Notes under the pieces: generated by a model
Told to the model about the DNA's origin: nothing
Database searches by the model: none
What the model saw: the letters and a program-made list of their open reading frames with translations, nothing else
Shown here: positions 26,605 through 38,399 of the stretch, one piece after another
Layout: each line of letters opens with the position of its first letter
Position numbering within the stretch: the first letter of the stretch is position 1
Translations under genes and position numbers: made by a program
DNA from: Candidatus Iainarchaeum sp.
GTDB taxonomy: Archaea > Iainarchaeota > Iainarchaeia > Iainarchaeales > 1-14-0-10-31-34
Assembly: GCA_017609625.1 (NCBI GenBank)
Contig: JAFCDN010000001.1
Location: 3,230 to 67,229, forward strand
DNA: 64,000 nt
Direction of reading: 5' to 3'

Positions 26605-27228
26605 ATGCTCAACGAATTTTTAAATTCTGTTTCAGAAAAAATCTTTTCAAACAAAAAACTCTTGTACTTTCTGATTTTAGCAAATTTCATCGGAGCCTTG
26701 TATGGATTCATTTTTTATTATGGAGCAAGGCTTTTGTCAACTCCGTTGCATTTGTGGATTTTTGTTCCAGACTGCCCTTTGTTTTCTTTATTCATGTCTC
26801 TGACTTTTCTTTTAATTCTTTTAAAAAAAGAATCTTCTCTTTTGTTTTTTTTCTCTTTAGTTGGAGCACTAAAATACGGTTTTTGGACAGTTTTTGTTCT
26901 AACCTTTTTCAATGATTTTTATTTCACTCCGGAAAAAACTTTTATGTATGCAGTGTTATTAATTGCACATATTTTCCTTTTTGCAGAATCTTTTCTTTTA
27001 GTAAAAAAAATAAAATTCAAATTCTATTATTTGCTTCCGACTTTGCTTTTCTTTTTGGCAAATGATTTCTCTGATTACTTTTTAGGCACACATCCGCCTA
27101 TTCCTTTGGATGAACTGAATTTTATGTTTTATTTGACTTTAATTTCGTCACTGTTTTTTATTTTATTAGCTTTTATTTTAGTCAATTTTAAAGGAAAGAA
27201 ATTCTCATCACATCAGCATTTATTTTAG
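26605..27228 (+). CDS. DUF1405-like membrane protein
   Basis: N.IG..YGF..Y, FVPDCP, KYGFW, NDFSDY..GTHP. Confidence 0.75.
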   Translation: MLNEFLNSVSEKIFSNKKLLYFLILANFIGALYGFIFYYGARLLSTPLHLWIFVPDCPLFSLFMSLTFLLILLKKESSLLFFFSLVGALKYGFWTVFVLTFFNDFYFTPEKTFMYAVLLIAHIFLFAESFLLVKKIKFKFYYLLPTLLFFLANDFSDYFLGTHPPIPLDELNFMFYLTLISSLFFILLAFILVNFKGKKFSSHQHLF

Positions 27229-27259
27229 TTAAATTTAAAGAAAAAGAAATAGAAAAGAA

Positions 27260-27451
27260 TTATTCTTTGTTTATGTGAATGCAGTTAACCGGACAGCTTG
27301 ATTCTGCTTCTTTATTGCATCCAACTTCTGTTAAATCAGTGTTTTTTGGGCTGGACTTGTCGCCTTTCATTTCCCAGTTATCAGGACAAACTGCTGCACA
27401 GGCTCCGCAACCAATACATTTTTCAACTTCGTGAACAATTTTTACTGCCAT
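27260..27451 (-). CDS. Single-cluster ferredoxin
   Basis: CIGCGACAAVCP...CPVNCI. Confidence 0.92.
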   Translation of the reverse strand: MAVKIVHEVEKCIGCGACAAVCPDNWEMKGDKSSPKNTDLTEVGCNKEAESSCPVNCIHINKE

Positions 27452-27599
27452 TTTTACACCTCAAAAACTCTTGGTTCCTTAAACTATATGGACTGACTTT
27501 CTTTTATATTTAATGGCTTTTATGCAGGAAAAAGGCATTTAAATCTTTCCTTAAATTAATTTTTCTATAGAGCCTATCCCCTTCTTTAAGGATTAAAAG

Positions 27600-27935
27600 G
27601 TGAATAAATTGTCTAAAGATGAAACTCTCTCTAGAATAAAAAAAGCAGAAGAAAATGCAAAAAAACAGCTTGAACAAGCCGAAAAAAAGAAATTAAATAT
27701 AATGGAAGAAGCAAAAACAAAGGCTATTTCCCTGATTTCTGAAGCAGATTCCAAAGACAACCAATACAGGGAAGCAGAAATAAAAAAAACAAAAGAAAAA
27801 ATAAACAAACAAAAAGAAAAACTGCTTCAGGAAGCAGAAAAAGAAACTGCGGCAATCAAAAAAAATGCAGAAAAAAAGCTGAAATCAGAGGCAAATTTTG
27901 CAGTAAAAAAATTTTCAGAAGAAGTTTTTTCTTAG
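27600..27935 (+). CDS. atpH: A/V-type ATP synthase subunit H (G)
   Basis: L.RIKKAEE.A charged coiled coil; first gene of the operon. Confidence 0.8.
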   Translation: MNKLSKDETLSRIKKAEENAKKQLEQAEKKKLNIMEEAKTKAISLISEADSKDNQYREAEIKKTKEKINKQKEKLLQEAEKETAAIKKNAEKKLKSEANFAVKKFSEEVFS

Positions 27936-27950
27936 CGCCTGGGTTATTTT

Positions 27951-29753
27951 ATGATTCGAACAAAGAAAATGGTAAAAACCAGACTCTCTGGCCCAAAACA
28001 CTCGCTCAAAAAACTGATTAATGAACTGCATGCAATGAAATTAATTCATTTAATTGACTACAGAGGAGAAGAATTTGAAACAGGAAACTCTTTTTCTGAA
28101 GCAGAAGAAATATCAGAAAAACTGATAAAACTCCGCGCAATGATTTCGCGTTTTAAATTAAATTTAAATCCAAGAATAATAAAGGATTTGAAAGTATGTG
28201 AACAGAGATTCAGCCAGATTTTTTCTTCTTATCATTCTCTAACAGCGGAAATTTCTTCTTTGAATGAAAGAAAAAAAGAGCTTGAAGCAAAAAAAGGCTC
28301 AATTGAACCAATAACTTCTCTTCAATTATCTCCAGAATATTTTTCTGGTTATGAATCCTTAACTGTATTCAAAGGAACAGTAAAAAAACAAATTCCAGAA
28401 CAAAAGATTTCTGAAACAACAAAAGACTTTGAATTATTTTCTTCAAATTTTGAAGGAAAAAATGTTATTGCATTATTTGTCCCGACGGAACAAAAAGAAA
28501 AAATTCAATCCTTAATTTCAGAATATGGTTTTTCTGAACTGCATTTTGAAGAAGAAACAAATCTGAAAGAACTTGATTCAGAATTATTTTCAATCGAAAA
28601 ACAACTCTCTTCTTTGAACTCAAAACTAGATTCTTTAAAGGAAAAAGAAGGTCAGTTTTTGATTGACTATGAATTCAATTTAGAAAAAGAAACAGAAAAA
28701 CTGGAAGCTCCGTTAAAGTTTGCTGTAACAGAAAACGCGTTTATTATTGAAGGATGGATTCCGAAAAAAGAAGCAAAAGAAATGCAGGAAAAACTGAATA
28801 AATTAACTGAAGACAAAATTTTTATTGAAACATTTGAAGAAAAAGGAGCCCCAACTGCATTAGAAAACCCTTCAATGGTAAAACCCTTTGAATTTTTTAT
28901 GAACCTTTACTCTTTGCCAAAATATGCTGAAATAGACCCGACATTTCTTGTATTCATTACATTTCCTTTGTTTTTTGGTTTTATGTTGGGAGACGTAGGT
29001 TATGGAATAGTAACCTTGATTGCATTCCTTGTTTTGAGAAAAAAAATCAAAGGAGAAGCAAAACTTTTAATCAATTCTTTGATTGTTGCTTCTCTTGCAA
29101 CAATTCTTTTTGGCTTTATTTTTGGGGAAGCTTTTGGATTTGAATTTGTAGAGCATCCGATTTTGAACAGGGTGCATGATTTGGATTTAATGCTTTTAAT
29201 TTCAATTGTTGTTGGCTTAATCCACATTACTTTAGGTTTTTTGGTAGGATTTTATAATGTAATGATTCAGCATGACTTCAAAGAAGCAGTTTTTGAAAAA
29301 GGAAGCTGGCTTGTAATTGAAGCAGGAGGGTTGTTGGTTATTTCTGAAATGCTTTTATCAATGACTTCTTTTGGAAACATTTTAGGGGGAATATTAATTC
29401 TTGCAGGAATTGTAATGCTCTTTAAAGGAGAAGGTGTGCAGGGTTTAGTTGAATTACCTTCACTTTTAAGCAACACTTTATCTTATGCAAGGCTTTTTGC
29501 AGTAGGCCTTGCTTCAGTGCAGTTAGCATTAATAATTAATGCTTTTGCAACAGACTTTTTTCAGCAAGGAGGAATAATGATTGGAGCAGCAGTTTTAATT
29601 CTGCTTTTAGGGCATTTTGTTAATATTTTATTAGGCTTGTTAGGGCCGTTTTTACATTCCTTAAGGCTTCATTATGTGGAATTTTTTGGTAAATTCTATA
29701 AAGGCGGAGGAAAAAGATTCATTCCATTTGGAACTGAAAAAAATAATGCTTAA
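27951..29753 (+). CDS. atpI: A/V-type ATP synthase subunit I
   Basis: LPKYAEIDPT, FFGFMLGDVGYG, SYARLFA, HSLRLHYVEFF. Confidence 0.96.
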   Translation: MIRTKKMVKTRLSGPKHSLKKLINELHAMKLIHLIDYRGEEFETGNSFSEAEEISEKLIKLRAMISRFKLNLNPRIIKDLKVCEQRFSQIFSSYHSLTAEISSLNERKKELEAKKGSIEPITSLQLSPEYFSGYESLTVFKGTVKKQIPEQKISETTKDFELFSSNFEGKNVIALFVPTEQKEKIQSLISEYGFSELHFEEETNLKELDSELFSIEKQLSSLNSKLDSLKEKEGQFLIDYEFNLEKETEKLEAPLKFAVTENAFIIEGWIPKKEAKEMQEKLNKLTEDKIFIETFEEKGAPTALENPSMVKPFEFFMNLYSLPKYAEIDPTFLVFITFPLFFGFMLGDVGYGIVTLIAFLVLRKKIKGEAKLLINSLIVASLATILFGFIFGEAFGFEFVEHPILNRVHDLDLMLLISIVVGLIHITLGFLVGFYNVMIQHDFKEAVFEKGSWLVIEAGGLLVISEMLLSMTSFGNILGGILILAGIVMLFKGEGVQGLVELPSLLSNTLSYARLFAVGLASVQLALIINAFATDFFQQGGIMIGAAVLILLLGHFVNILLGLLGPFLHSLRLHYVEFFGKFYKGGGKRFIPFGTEKNNA

Positions 29754-29773
29754 TTTAAAAGGAGGAAAAGAAT

Positions 29774-30019
29774 ATGGTTGAATTAGAATTAGGATTGATT
29801 GCAATCGGAGCAGGAATTGCTTTAGCCGGAAGTGCTTATGCTGCAGCAATCGCAGAAAAAGAAATCGGAACAGCAGCAGTAGGTGCAATGGCAGAAAAAG
29901 AAGAATTATTCGGAAAAGGATTAATTCTTACAGTAATTCCAGAAACAATCGTTATCTTTGGATTGGTTGTTGCAATTATGATTCTGGGTTTAGCTGACAA
30001 AATACCTGTAACAGGATGA
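29774..30019 (+). CDS. atpK: A/V-type ATP synthase proteolipid subunit K (c)
   Basis: Single helical hairpin with IPETIVIFG. Confidence 0.94.
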   Translation: MVELELGLIAIGAGIALAGSAYAAAIAEKEIGTAAVGAMAEKEELFGKGLILTVIPETIVIFGLVVAIMILGLADKIPVTG

Positions 30020-30036
30020 TCTTTAAGGTTTTTTAA

Positions 30037-30597
30037 ATGTCTTTAGAAAATGTAATTAAAGAAATAAATCTAGAAGCAGGAAAAAAAGCAAACACAATAA
30101 TCCAGGAAGGAAAAAAAGAAGCAAACTCAATAATACAGAAGACGCAGGAAAAAGTAGATATCTCCAGAGAAAAAACAGTCAAAAAAACAGGGGAAATAGT
30201 TTCTTCAATGCAGAGAACAGAAATTGCTTCTTTGAAACTGTTCTTAAAAAAACAAAAGCTAAATGCAAAAAAAGAAGTGATTGACTCTTTGTTTAAGGAA
30301 GCAGAAAAAAATCTGAAAAAACTTCCTGAAAAACAAAAAGAAAAAATCCTGAAAAAACTTTTGCATAAAGGAAAAGAAGAAGTAAATGCAGAATATTTTT
30401 ACTGTAATTCAGCAGACAAAAAAACAATCCAAAAACTTTCAAAGCTGAAATTCAAATCAAATATTGACTGTATTGGCGGTTTTGTTTTGGAAAACAAAGA
30501 AGAAACAATCCGTTCAGACCAGACTTTTGACTTAATCCTGGAAAAAGTAAGAGAAAAATGCATTAGTGAAATTTCTTTAAGGGTGTTTAAGGAATGA
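30037..30597 (+). CDS. atpE: A/V-type ATP synthase subunit E
   Basis: MSLENVIKEI, IGGFVLEN...DQTF; operon position. Confidence 0.9.
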   Translation: MSLENVIKEINLEAGKKANTIIQEGKKEANSIIQKTQEKVDISREKTVKKTGEIVSSMQRTEIASLKLFLKKQKLNAKKEVIDSLFKEAEKNLKKLPEKQKEKILKKLLHKGKEEVNAEYFYCNSADKKTIQKLSKLKFKSNIDCIGGFVLENKEETIRSDQTFDLILEKVREKCISEISLRVFKE

Positions 30598-31496
30598 CTG
30601 AAAAAGGTTTTGGTTTTGCATACACTAACACTCGAGTCAGGGTAATGAAATCAAAATTAATTGATTCAACTGAATACCCTAAGCTCTTGAAAATGGGTTT
30701 AGACCAGATTGCTCGTTACTTGCAGGAAACAGACTACAAAAAAGAAATTGATTCTCTTGGAACAACTTATGAAGGAGCAGATTTAATTGAGTATGCAATA
30801 AACCTTAATCTAGCAAACAGTTTCAAAAAAGTCCTTAATTTTTCTCTGAAAGATTCCAGAATAACAATCAACTTTTTCCTGAAAAAATACGATGTATGGA
30901 ATATTAAAACAATTTTAAGGGGAAAACAATCAGGAGAAACAACAGAAGAAATAATTTTGGATTTAATTCCTGCAGGAGAACTCTCAGAAGAATTTCTTGT
31001 CGAAGTTATAAAAAAATCCTCTTCAGTTAAAGAAGCAATCGAATTATTCAAAAAAACAGAATTTTATGAAACACTAAAACTGCATTCAGAAAATTTATCT
31101 GAATTAGAAGACGAACTTGACCTAAAATATTACAGAGAACTAATTGAATCAACTGAAGGAAAAGTCCAGAAACTGATAAAACAAAAAGCACTTTATCTGG
31201 ATGCATTAAATGAAGCCCGCGCAAAAGAAACAAAAATTGAAATGAAAAGAATTCTTCCTATAACAAAAAGAGGAAAAAAAGTTGTTGTAGAAGATTTGAA
31301 AAAAGACAGAATTGAATTCAGAAAAGACATTGCAGTTAAAGGAAAAAAAATGGTGCATGAATTCAAAAGAAACACTTCTCCTGTAATAGGATATTTTGTT
31401 GCAAAAGAAAACGAAATAGACAATTTAAGAATTATTGCAAGAGGCAAACACTCTGGATTGCCTCAGGAGTTAATTGAAAAACAACTGGTGTTTTGA
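30594..31496 (+). CDS. atpC: A/V-type ATP synthase subunit C
   Basis: YTNTRVRVMKSKL, DVWNIKTILRGK, KENEIDNLRIIARGK. Confidence 0.93.
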   Translation: MTEKGFGFAYTNTRVRVMKSKLIDSTEYPKLLKMGLDQIARYLQETDYKKEIDSLGTTYEGADLIEYAINLNLANSFKKVLNFSLKDSRITINFFLKKYDVWNIKTILRGKQSGETTEEIILDLIPAGELSEEFLVEVIKKSSSVKEAIELFKKTEFYETLKLHSENLSELEDELDLKYYRELIESTEGKVQKLIKQKALYLDALNEARAKETKIEMKRILPITKRGKKVVVEDLKKDRIEFRKDIAVKGKKMVHEFKRNTSPVIGYFVAKENEIDNLRIIARGKHSGLPQELIEKQLVF

Positions 31497-31792
31497 TGGA
31501 AATAGCAATAATAGGTTCAGATGATTTTGTAACAGGTTTTCGTTTAGCCGGAGTCAGAAACATTTTCCCGGTAAAAAATGATTTTGATTTACAAATAAAC
31601 AGCGCTATAGAAAAAGAACAAATTGGTGTTATAGTGGTTGAACAAGAAGAATTAGACAAAACTTCTCATAAAACAAAAAGAATGTTAGAAAAGCTTATTA
31701 CTCCGGTTCTGATAACCCTTTCCTCTAAGGGAAAAGAAACGGATTTAAGAGAATTAATCAAAAGGACGGTTGGTGTAGATTTATGGAAATAG
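31496..31792 (+). CDS. atpF: A/V-type ATP synthase subunit F
   Basis: [27 protein letters not shown]. Confidence 0.94.
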   Translation: MEIAIIGSDDFVTGFRLAGVRNIFPVKNDFDLQINSAIEKEQIGVIVVEQEELDKTSHKTKRMLEKLITPVLITLSSKGKETDLRELIKRTVGVDLWK

Positions 31793-34700
31793 CAAAAATA
31801 TACAGAATCTCAGGTCCTGTTGTAACCGCAAAAGGACTTAAAGCAAAAATGTATGACTTAGTTAAAGCAGGAAAAGAAGAATTAATGGGAGAAGTAATTC
31901 AAATCGATGGAGACAAAACAACAATCCAGGTTTATGAAGACACTTCTGGAGTAAAACCAGGAGAGCCGGTAAAAAACACAGGTGCTCCGCTTTCAATTGA
32001 ATTAGGACCTGGCTTATTAACAACAATTTATGACGGAATCCAAAGGCCTCTTCCAACTTTAGTAGAACAGATGGGAAACTTTATTGAAAGAGGAATTTCT
32101 GTTCCAGGATTAGACAGAAAAAAGAAATGGAACTTTAAACCAACCGTAAAAAAAGGAGAAAAAGTTTCTGGAGGAGATGTAATTGGAACAGTTCAAGAAA
32201 CAAAAAACATCACACACAAAATTTTGGTTCCTCCAACAATTTCAGGAAAAATAAAAGAAATAAAATCAGGTTCTTTTACTGTAACAGCAATAGTTGCAGT
32301 TTTAGATAACGGAAAAAAACTTTCTTTAATGCATGAATGGCCTGTAAGAAAACCAAGACCTTATGCAGAAAAATTAATGCCAACTGTTCCTTTAATCACC
32401 GGACAAAGAATTCTTGATTCTTTATTTCCAATAGCAAAAGGAGGAGCAGGAAGTATTCCAGGGCCATTTGGAAGCGGAAAATGCATAAGCGCAGACACAA
32501 CAATTCTAGCAAACAACCAACTCATTCCAATAAAAGAAGCTTTTGAAAAAGAATTTTCCAACAAAGAAAACCAGATTCAAGAAACTGAAGAAGAAACAAT
32601 AATTGAACTAAAAGAACCAGTTGAAGTTTTTTCTTTCGATGGAAAGGAAATAAAAGAATCCCTTGCAACACACTTTTACAGAGGCAAAACAGAAAAATTA
32701 ATTGAAATAAAAACCAGAAGCGGAAAAACAGTTAAACTAACTCCGATCCATAAACTATTCAAATTGAACCAAAGGCTGGAGATAGAAGAAACTCTTGCAA
32801 TGAATTTGCAGGAAGGAGATTATCTAATCTCTCCAAGAAAAATTCCTTTCCAGACAGCTTTACAGGAAATAACAATAAATTTCAACTGCAGAATTTCAGA
32901 TGAAAAAGCAATCCAGAAAATGAAATCCATTATAGAGCAGGAATGCAAAAGCAAAGCAATTACAAAAAAACAATTAGCTTCAGAATTGAATGTTTCCTAT
33001 GATTCAATTATAGCATTTTACACTGGAAAAAACAAACCAACCTTTGATTTTATAAAAAAACTAGAAGCATTTTCAGACAAAAAAATCCCCTTCACTGAAA
33101 TCAAAACTGAAAGGCAATCAAAATCAATCAAAATACCAGAATATTTTAATGAAGAATTCTCTGAATTGCTTGGCTTATTAATGGCTGATGGTTCAATTAA
33201 AGGAAAAGGAGTAATTGAATTCTACAACAAAAATCCTGTTTTAAGAAACAGGGCAAAATTTTTGTTAAAAAAACTATTCAATTTAGATTCAAAAGAAATT
33301 TATGCAAGAACAGTTGAAGCCATAACAGTTCCAAGTGTGCCATTGGCAAAACTTTTGAATTCTTTTGGTTTTCCTTTAAAGAAAAAATCAAGAAACTTAG
33401 TTCTTCCAAAACAATTACTTTCTTCTCCAGAAAATGTTTGCAATGAATTCCTAAAAGCTTACATCGCCTGTGATGGCCATGTTTCAAAGACAGATATAGA
33501 AATTGCAACTGCTTCAGAAAAAATGCAGTCAGGCTTATCATACTTGCTGACAAAAATAGGAATTTTGCACACTACAAAACACAAGCTTGTAGATTCCACT
33601 AAGTATTTTAGAATTTTTATTGCCCCAAAAGAAGCAAACAAAATTAATTCGTATTACTCCAAAAAATATTATTACACTTCCAAAGACATTGTTCCGATGA
33701 CTCCTTCTTTATTCAAGGAAATGCTTCAAGAAACAAAACCTTGGCAACTGCAAAAGACAAGTATTTCAACAACTGCTTTTTACAAGCAGGCCAATCAGAC
33801 AGCAACAACCTTTCAGGAAGTAATAAAACAATTAGGAATTCAAGGTCATTTATATGAATTTGCCCAAGCATTAGAACATGTTTTTTGTGATGAAGTCCTA
33901 GAAGTAAAAGAAATAAATTCAGAAGAGTTTGTTTTTGATTTGACTGTTCCTTTAACCCATAATTTTGTTTCAGGAAATTCTCCAATGATATTGCACAATA
34001 CAGTAACCCAACAGCAGTTAGCAAAATGGAGTGACGCAGAAATTGTAGTTTACATTGGATGCGGAGAAAGAGGAAATGAAATGACTGAAGTATTGCATGA
34101 GTTTCCTGAATTATTAGATGTAAAAACCGGCAGGCCGTTAATGGAAAGAACAGTCTTAATTGCAAACACTTCAAATATGCCTGTTGCAGCAAGAGAAGCT
34201 TCAGTTTACACTGGAATGACTATGGCAGAATATTTTAGAGACCAAGGATTTGATGTAAGCTTAATGGCAGATTCTACTTCTCGTTGGGCTGAAGCAATGA
34301 GAGAAATTTCTTCTAGATTAGAAGAAATGCCAGGAGAAGAAGGATATCCTGCATATTTAGCAGCAAGACTTTCAGAATTTTATGAAAGAGCCGGAAGAAT
34401 AAATGTTTTAGGTTCAAGAAAAGAAACAGGTTCAGTTACAGCAATCGGAGCTGTCTCACCACCAGGAGGAGACTTTTCTGAACCAGTAACACAAAACACA
34501 TTAAAGATCACTAAAGTGTTTTGGGCTTTAGATGCAAAGCTTGCTCAAAGAAGGCACTTTCCTTCAATCAACTGGCTTGACAGTTATAGCCTTTACTCTA
34601 CATTATTAGAAAACTGGTTTGTAGAAAATGTTGCAAAAGACTGGGTTAAAATCAGAACTCAAGTAATGAAAATTTTGCAGAAAGAATCTTCTTTGCAGGA

Positions 34701-35043
34701 AATTGTTCAGTTAATTGGTTCAGATGCTTTGCCTGAAAAAGAACAATTAACAATGGAAGTTGCAAGACTGATTCGAGAAGGATTTTTGCAGCAAAACGCA
34801 TTCCATGAAGTTGATGCTTACTGCAGTATGAAAAAACAATATGGAATTTTAAAAGGAATTATTTCTTTTTCTGAACAGGCACAAACAGCAATTGAAGTCG
34901 GTGCTCCAATAGAAAACATAATTAAAATGAAATCAAAAGCAAGATTGACAAAAATCTGTTTAGTAAAAGAAGAAAACTTTGAAAAAGAAATGAATAAAAT
35001 AATGGGTGAAGTAAAAGAGGAATTCAAAAATATAAACAAATAA
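31783..35043 (+). CDS. atpA: A/V-type ATP synthase subunit A, intein-containing
   Basis: ISGPVV, GPFGSGK|intein|[30 protein letters not shown]. Confidence 0.97.
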   Translation: MEIAKIYRISGPVVTAKGLKAKMYDLVKAGKEELMGEVIQIDGDKTTIQVYEDTSGVKPGEPVKNTGAPLSIELGPGLLTTIYDGIQRPLPTLVEQMGNFIERGISVPGLDRKKKWNFKPTVKKGEKVSGGDVIGTVQETKNITHKILVPPTISGKIKEIKSGSFTVTAIVAVLDNGKKLSLMHEWPVRKPRPYAEKLMPTVPLITGQRILDSLFPIAKGGAGSIPGPFGSGKCISADTTILANNQLIPIKEAFEKEFSNKENQIQETEEETIIELKEPVEVFSFDGKEIKESLATHFYRGKTEKLIEIKTRSGKTVKLTPIHKLFKLNQRLEIEETLAMNLQEGDYLISPRKIPFQTALQEITINFNCRISDEKAIQKMKSIIEQECKSKAITKKQLASELNVSYDSIIAFYTGKNKPTFDFIKKLEAFSDKKIPFTEIKTERQSKSIKIPEYFNEEFSELLGLLMADGSIKGKGVIEFYNKNPVLRNRAKFLLKKLFNLDSKEIYARTVEAITVPSVPLAKLLNSFGFPLKKKSRNLVLPKQLLSSPENVCNEFLKAYIACDGHVSKTDIEIATASEKMQSGLSYLLTKIGILHTTKHKLVDSTKYFRIFIAPKEANKINSYYSKKYYYTSKDIVPMTPSLFKEMLQETKPWQLQKTSISTTAFYKQANQTATTFQEVIKQLGIQGHLYEFAQALEHVFCDEVLEVKEINSEEFVFDLTVPLTHNFVSGNSPMILHNTVTQQQLAKWSDAEIVVYIGCGERGNEMTEVLHEFPELLDVKTGRPLMERTVLIANTSNMPVAAREASVYTGMTMAEYFRDQGFDVSLMADSTSRWAEAMREISSRLEEMPGEEGYPAYLAARLSEFYERAGRINVLGSRKETGSVTAIGAVSPPGGDFSEPVTQNTLKITKVFWALDAKLAQRRHFPSINWLDSYSLYSTLLENWFVENVAKDWVKIRTQVMKILQKESSLQEIVQLIGSDALPEKEQLTMEVARLIREGFLQQNAFHEVDAYCSMKKQYGILKGIISFSEQAQTAIEVGAPIENIIKMKSKARLTKICLVKEENFEKEMNKIMGEVKEEFKNINK
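32482..33999 (+). mobile_element. Intein in AtpA P-loop (506 aa, LAGLIDADG plus HTH insert)
   Basis: Starts CISADT; TPIHKLF block B; LLGLLMADG and [10 protein letters not shown]; ends ILHN|T. Confidence 0.95.
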
Positions 35044-35081
35044 ACGTTGCGCCGTTTAAGCACGCGCATGAGGTGTAAAAA

Positions 35082-37694
35082 ATGAAAGAATATAAAACAA
35101 TTGAAAAAATCGCAGGACCATTAATTTTTGTAAAAAAAACAGGCCCAATTGGATATGGGGAATTAGTTAAAATAAAATTAGGGGACGGCACAATAAAAAA
35201 CGGCCAAGTATTAGACACTTCAGATGATGTGGTTGTTGTTCAGGTTTTTGAAGGAACCTCTGCAATAGACAGAGGCTCTATAGTAAAATTCACCGGAGAT
35301 ACAATAAAACTAAAAGTCTCTAAAGATTTGCTTGGAAGAGTTCTTTCTGGTTTAGGAGAACCAATTGACAATGGTCCAAGAATAATTCCAGATAAAGAAT
35401 TAGATATTATTGGTTCTGCAATAAACCCTTATGCAAGAAGCTCTCCAAAAGATTTTGTCCAGACAGGTTTATCAACTATTGATGGAATGAACACTCTGGT
35501 AAAAGGACAAAAATTGCCAATTTTTTCTGGTTCAGGTTTGCCTCATAATGACATTGCATTGCAAATCGCAAGACAGGCAAAAGTTGAAGGAAACTTTGCA
35601 GTTGTTTTTGCTGCAATGGGAATCACAAACGAAGAAGCCCAGCAATTCCAGCGCGACTTTGAACAAACAGGCGCATTAGAAAGAACAATAATGTTTTTGA
35701 ATTTAGCAAATGACCCTGCAATTGAAAGATTGATTGCTCCAAGGATGGCTTTAACTGCAGCAGAATATTTAGCTTACACTCATGATATGCACGTACTAGT
35801 AATTTTAACAGATATGACAAACTATTGTGAAGCTTTAAGAGAAATCGGCGCAGCAAGAGAAGAAGTTCCAGGAAGAAGAGGTTATCCAGGTTATATGTAC
35901 AGCGTAGACGGAAGCAGAAATATTGTTGTTCAAAACCCCGAAGGGGAAATAAAAATTTTGCCCATAAACGAGTTTTTCAAAAAAACGAGTGAAAAAAACC
36001 AAGCGGTCAAAAGCAAAGATGAATATGAGGAAAGAATTAACATTAGTGAATGGAAAGCATTAAGCTCTCTTAAAGACGGAACATCAGTATTCAGGCCGAT
36101 AAAACAAGTAATAAGACACAAATACAAGGGAAAAATGTGTAAGCTTACAACCCAAACAGGAGAAACAATTGTTACTCCAAACCACAGTGTTTTTACAATA
36201 AATGAAAACAAGGAAATAGTTCCAGTTATTGCAGAAAATCTTTCTGTTGGTGATTTGCTTGCACACGCTCACAATCTTCCTGCAACAGCAACAAGCACTA
36301 ACAATAAATTAAGTGTAGAATTAGCAAGGCTTGCTGGCTATTATGTTGCAGAAGGCCATGCAATAAAATATTTAGACAAAGTGAAAAATTGCTGGTGTCA
36401 TTATGTAAGAATTGACAACAATTCGCAAGAAATGATTGACGATATGGTAGGTTGTTATGAAAAAGAGTTTGCCCACAAACCCTCAGTTTTTGTTTCAGAT
36501 AAGCGTTCAGGCACTATAAGAACTTCTATTGGAGGGAAAAAATACTATGATGCATTTGTAAATGATCTTGATTGTGGCCATAGTTCTTATGCTAAAGGAA
36601 TTCCATCACAAGTATTTTCTGCAGAACCAGAAGTTCAACAAGCCTTTTTTGATTCATATTATTTAGGCGATGGCAAAGCAACAGATTCTCGTTATAACAT
36701 AATACAGTATGATATGGTTACAATAAGCCCTAAATTAAGAGACGGACTGATGCTGCTTTCAAGAAAATTGTATCCAGAAAGAGTTCCAACTTTATACAAG
36801 TGGAAAGGCAGAGACGCTTGGAAGGTTTATCTTTCAACTTACCTCAAAGGAAAACATGAATTTGTAAATGATGTTCTTGCAGCAGAAATAAAAAAAATTG
36901 AATTTGTGGAACCAACAGAAGAATTTGTCTATGATCTTAGCGTTGAAGAAACTCAAAATTTTGTTGATGCATGCGGGAATGTCTTATTGCATAATACAGA
37001 CCTTGCTTCAATTTATGAAAGAGCAGGATTAATTAAAGGAAAAAAAGGTTCTGTAACCCAAATTCCAATCTTAACAATGCCTGGAGATGATATAACCCAT
37101 CCAATACCTGATTTAACAGGCTATATTACTGAAGGACAGATTGTTTTAGGAAGAGATTTGCATATGAAAGGAATTTACCCCCCAATTGATGTTCTTCCCT
37201 GCCTTTCAAGATTAATGAATGCAGGAATTGGCAAAAAGAATACAAGAGATGACCATAAAGCTGTTTCAAATCAATTATATGCAGGCTATGCTGAAGGACG
37301 TTCTTTGCGTGGATTAGTTGCAATTGTTGGAGAAGAAGCTTTAAGTGAAAGAGACAGAGGTTTTTTGAAGTTTGCAGAACAATTTGAAGAGCAATTTATT
37401 ACTCAAGGAAAATATGAAGACAGGACAATTTTTGACACTCTAAACTTAGGCTGGGATTTATTGTCTGCTTTACCAACATCTGAACTCACAAGAATCGATG
37501 ATGAATTAATCGAAAAATACTTAGACAAAAACAAGCGGCCAAAAGAAAAACCTGTTGAAACAAAAGAGGTAAAGAAAGAAGAATCAAAGAAACCAGAACC
37601 AATCCAAACAAATAATAAAAATTTAGATAAAAAAAATTCTAAACCTTCAAACAAGAAAAAAAATTCAAAGAAAAATAAGAAAAAGAAAAAGTGA
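35082..37694 (+). CDS. atpB: A/V-type ATP synthase subunit B, intein-containing, with Lys-rich C-terminal tail
   Basis: [31 protein letters not shown]|intein|[26 protein letters not shown]. Confidence 0.97.
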   Translation: MKEYKTIEKIAGPLIFVKKTGPIGYGELVKIKLGDGTIKNGQVLDTSDDVVVVQVFEGTSAIDRGSIVKFTGDTIKLKVSKDLLGRVLSGLGEPIDNGPRIIPDKELDIIGSAINPYARSSPKDFVQTGLSTIDGMNTLVKGQKLPIFSGSGLPHNDIALQIARQAKVEGNFAVVFAAMGITNEEAQQFQRDFEQTGALERTIMFLNLANDPAIERLIAPRMALTAAEYLAYTHDMHVLVILTDMTNYCEALREIGAAREEVPGRRGYPGYMYSVDGSRNIVVQNPEGEIKILPINEFFKKTSEKNQAVKSKDEYEERINISEWKALSSLKDGTSVFRPIKQVIRHKYKGKMCKLTTQTGETIVTPNHSVFTINENKEIVPVIAENLSVGDLLAHAHNLPATATSTNNKLSVELARLAGYYVAEGHAIKYLDKVKNCWCHYVRIDNNSQEMIDDMVGCYEKEFAHKPSVFVSDKRSGTIRTSIGGKKYYDAFVNDLDCGHSSYAKGIPSQVFSAEPEVQQAFFDSYYLGDGKATDSRYNIIQYDMVTISPKLRDGLMLLSRKLYPERVPTLYKWKGRDAWKVYLSTYLKGKHEFVNDVLAAEIKKIEFVEPTEEFVYDLSVEETQNFVDACGNVLLHNTDLASIYERAGLIKGKKGSVTQIPILTMPGDDITHPIPDLTGYITEGQIVLGRDLHMKGIYPPIDVLPCLSRLMNAGIGKKNTRDDHKAVSNQLYAGYAEGRSLRGLVAIVGEEALSERDRGFLKFAEQFEEQFITQGKYEDRTIFDTLNLGWDLLSALPTSELTRIDDELIEKYLDKNKRPKEKPVETKEVKKEESKKPEPIQTNNKNLDKKNSKPSNKKKNSKKNKKKKK
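35901..36995 (+). mobile_element. Intein in AtpB (365 aa, Ser1, LAGLIDADG)
   Basis: Starts SVDG; VTPNHSVF; LAGYYVAEG and [10 protein letters not shown]; VYDLSVE...LLHN|T. Confidence 0.93.
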
Positions 37695-37699
37695 TTTAA

Positions 37700-38356
37700 T
37701 TGCCTGAAATTAAACCTACACGTTCAGAACTGATAAAACTCAATAAAGGAATCAAATTAGCAACTTCAGGCCATGCACTTCTTAAAAGAAAAAGAGACGG
37801 CCTGATTCAGGAATTTTTCACTGTGCTTGAGGAAGCAAAAAAATCTAAATCTGCTATGACAGAAAAATACACTAAAGCAGTTGAAGATATTACTTTAGCA
37901 AGAGCAGTTGAAGGAACTATTTCAGTTAAATCTGCTTCTCTTGCATTAAAACACAAAGCAGAAATTGATGTGACCACCCGTAATGTTATGGGTGTTGTGG
38001 TGCCTTCAGTGAAATCAGAATATGCTACAAAATCTTTTGGAGAAAGAGGCTATGGTTTGATTGGAACTTCTTCTTATATTGATGATGCAGCAGAAAGCTA
38101 TGAAGAATTATTAAAAAACATTATTGTTGCAACAGAAATCGAAAACACTCTAAGAAAACTTTTAACAGAAATTGATAAAACTAAAAGAAGAGTTAATGCA
38201 TTAGAATTCAAAGTTATTCCAAAAATGAAATCAGATGCATCATTTATTCGAATGCGCTTAGAAGAAATGGAAAGAGACGACCTCTTTCGTTTGAAAAAAA
38301 TCAAAAGCAAATCCCAGAAAAGAGAAGCAGCAAAACAAGTCGCACAGGCAAGCTGA
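37700..38356 (+). CDS. atpD: A/V-type ATP synthase subunit D
   Basis: KPTRSEL, GHALLKRKRD, KTKRRVNALE, LEEMERDDLFRLK. Confidence 0.96.
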   Translation: MPEIKPTRSELIKLNKGIKLATSGHALLKRKRDGLIQEFFTVLEEAKKSKSAMTEKYTKAVEDITLARAVEGTISVKSASLALKHKAEIDVTTRNVMGVVVPSVKSEYATKSFGERGYGLIGTSSYIDDAAESYEELLKNIIVATEIENTLRKLLTEIDKTKRRVNALEFKVIPKMKSDASFIRMRLEEMERDDLFRLKKIKSKSQKREAAKQVAQAS

Positions 38357-38399
38357 TTTTCAGTTAAATTTAAATTTTCTAAAATCGTTCTATTAGTTT

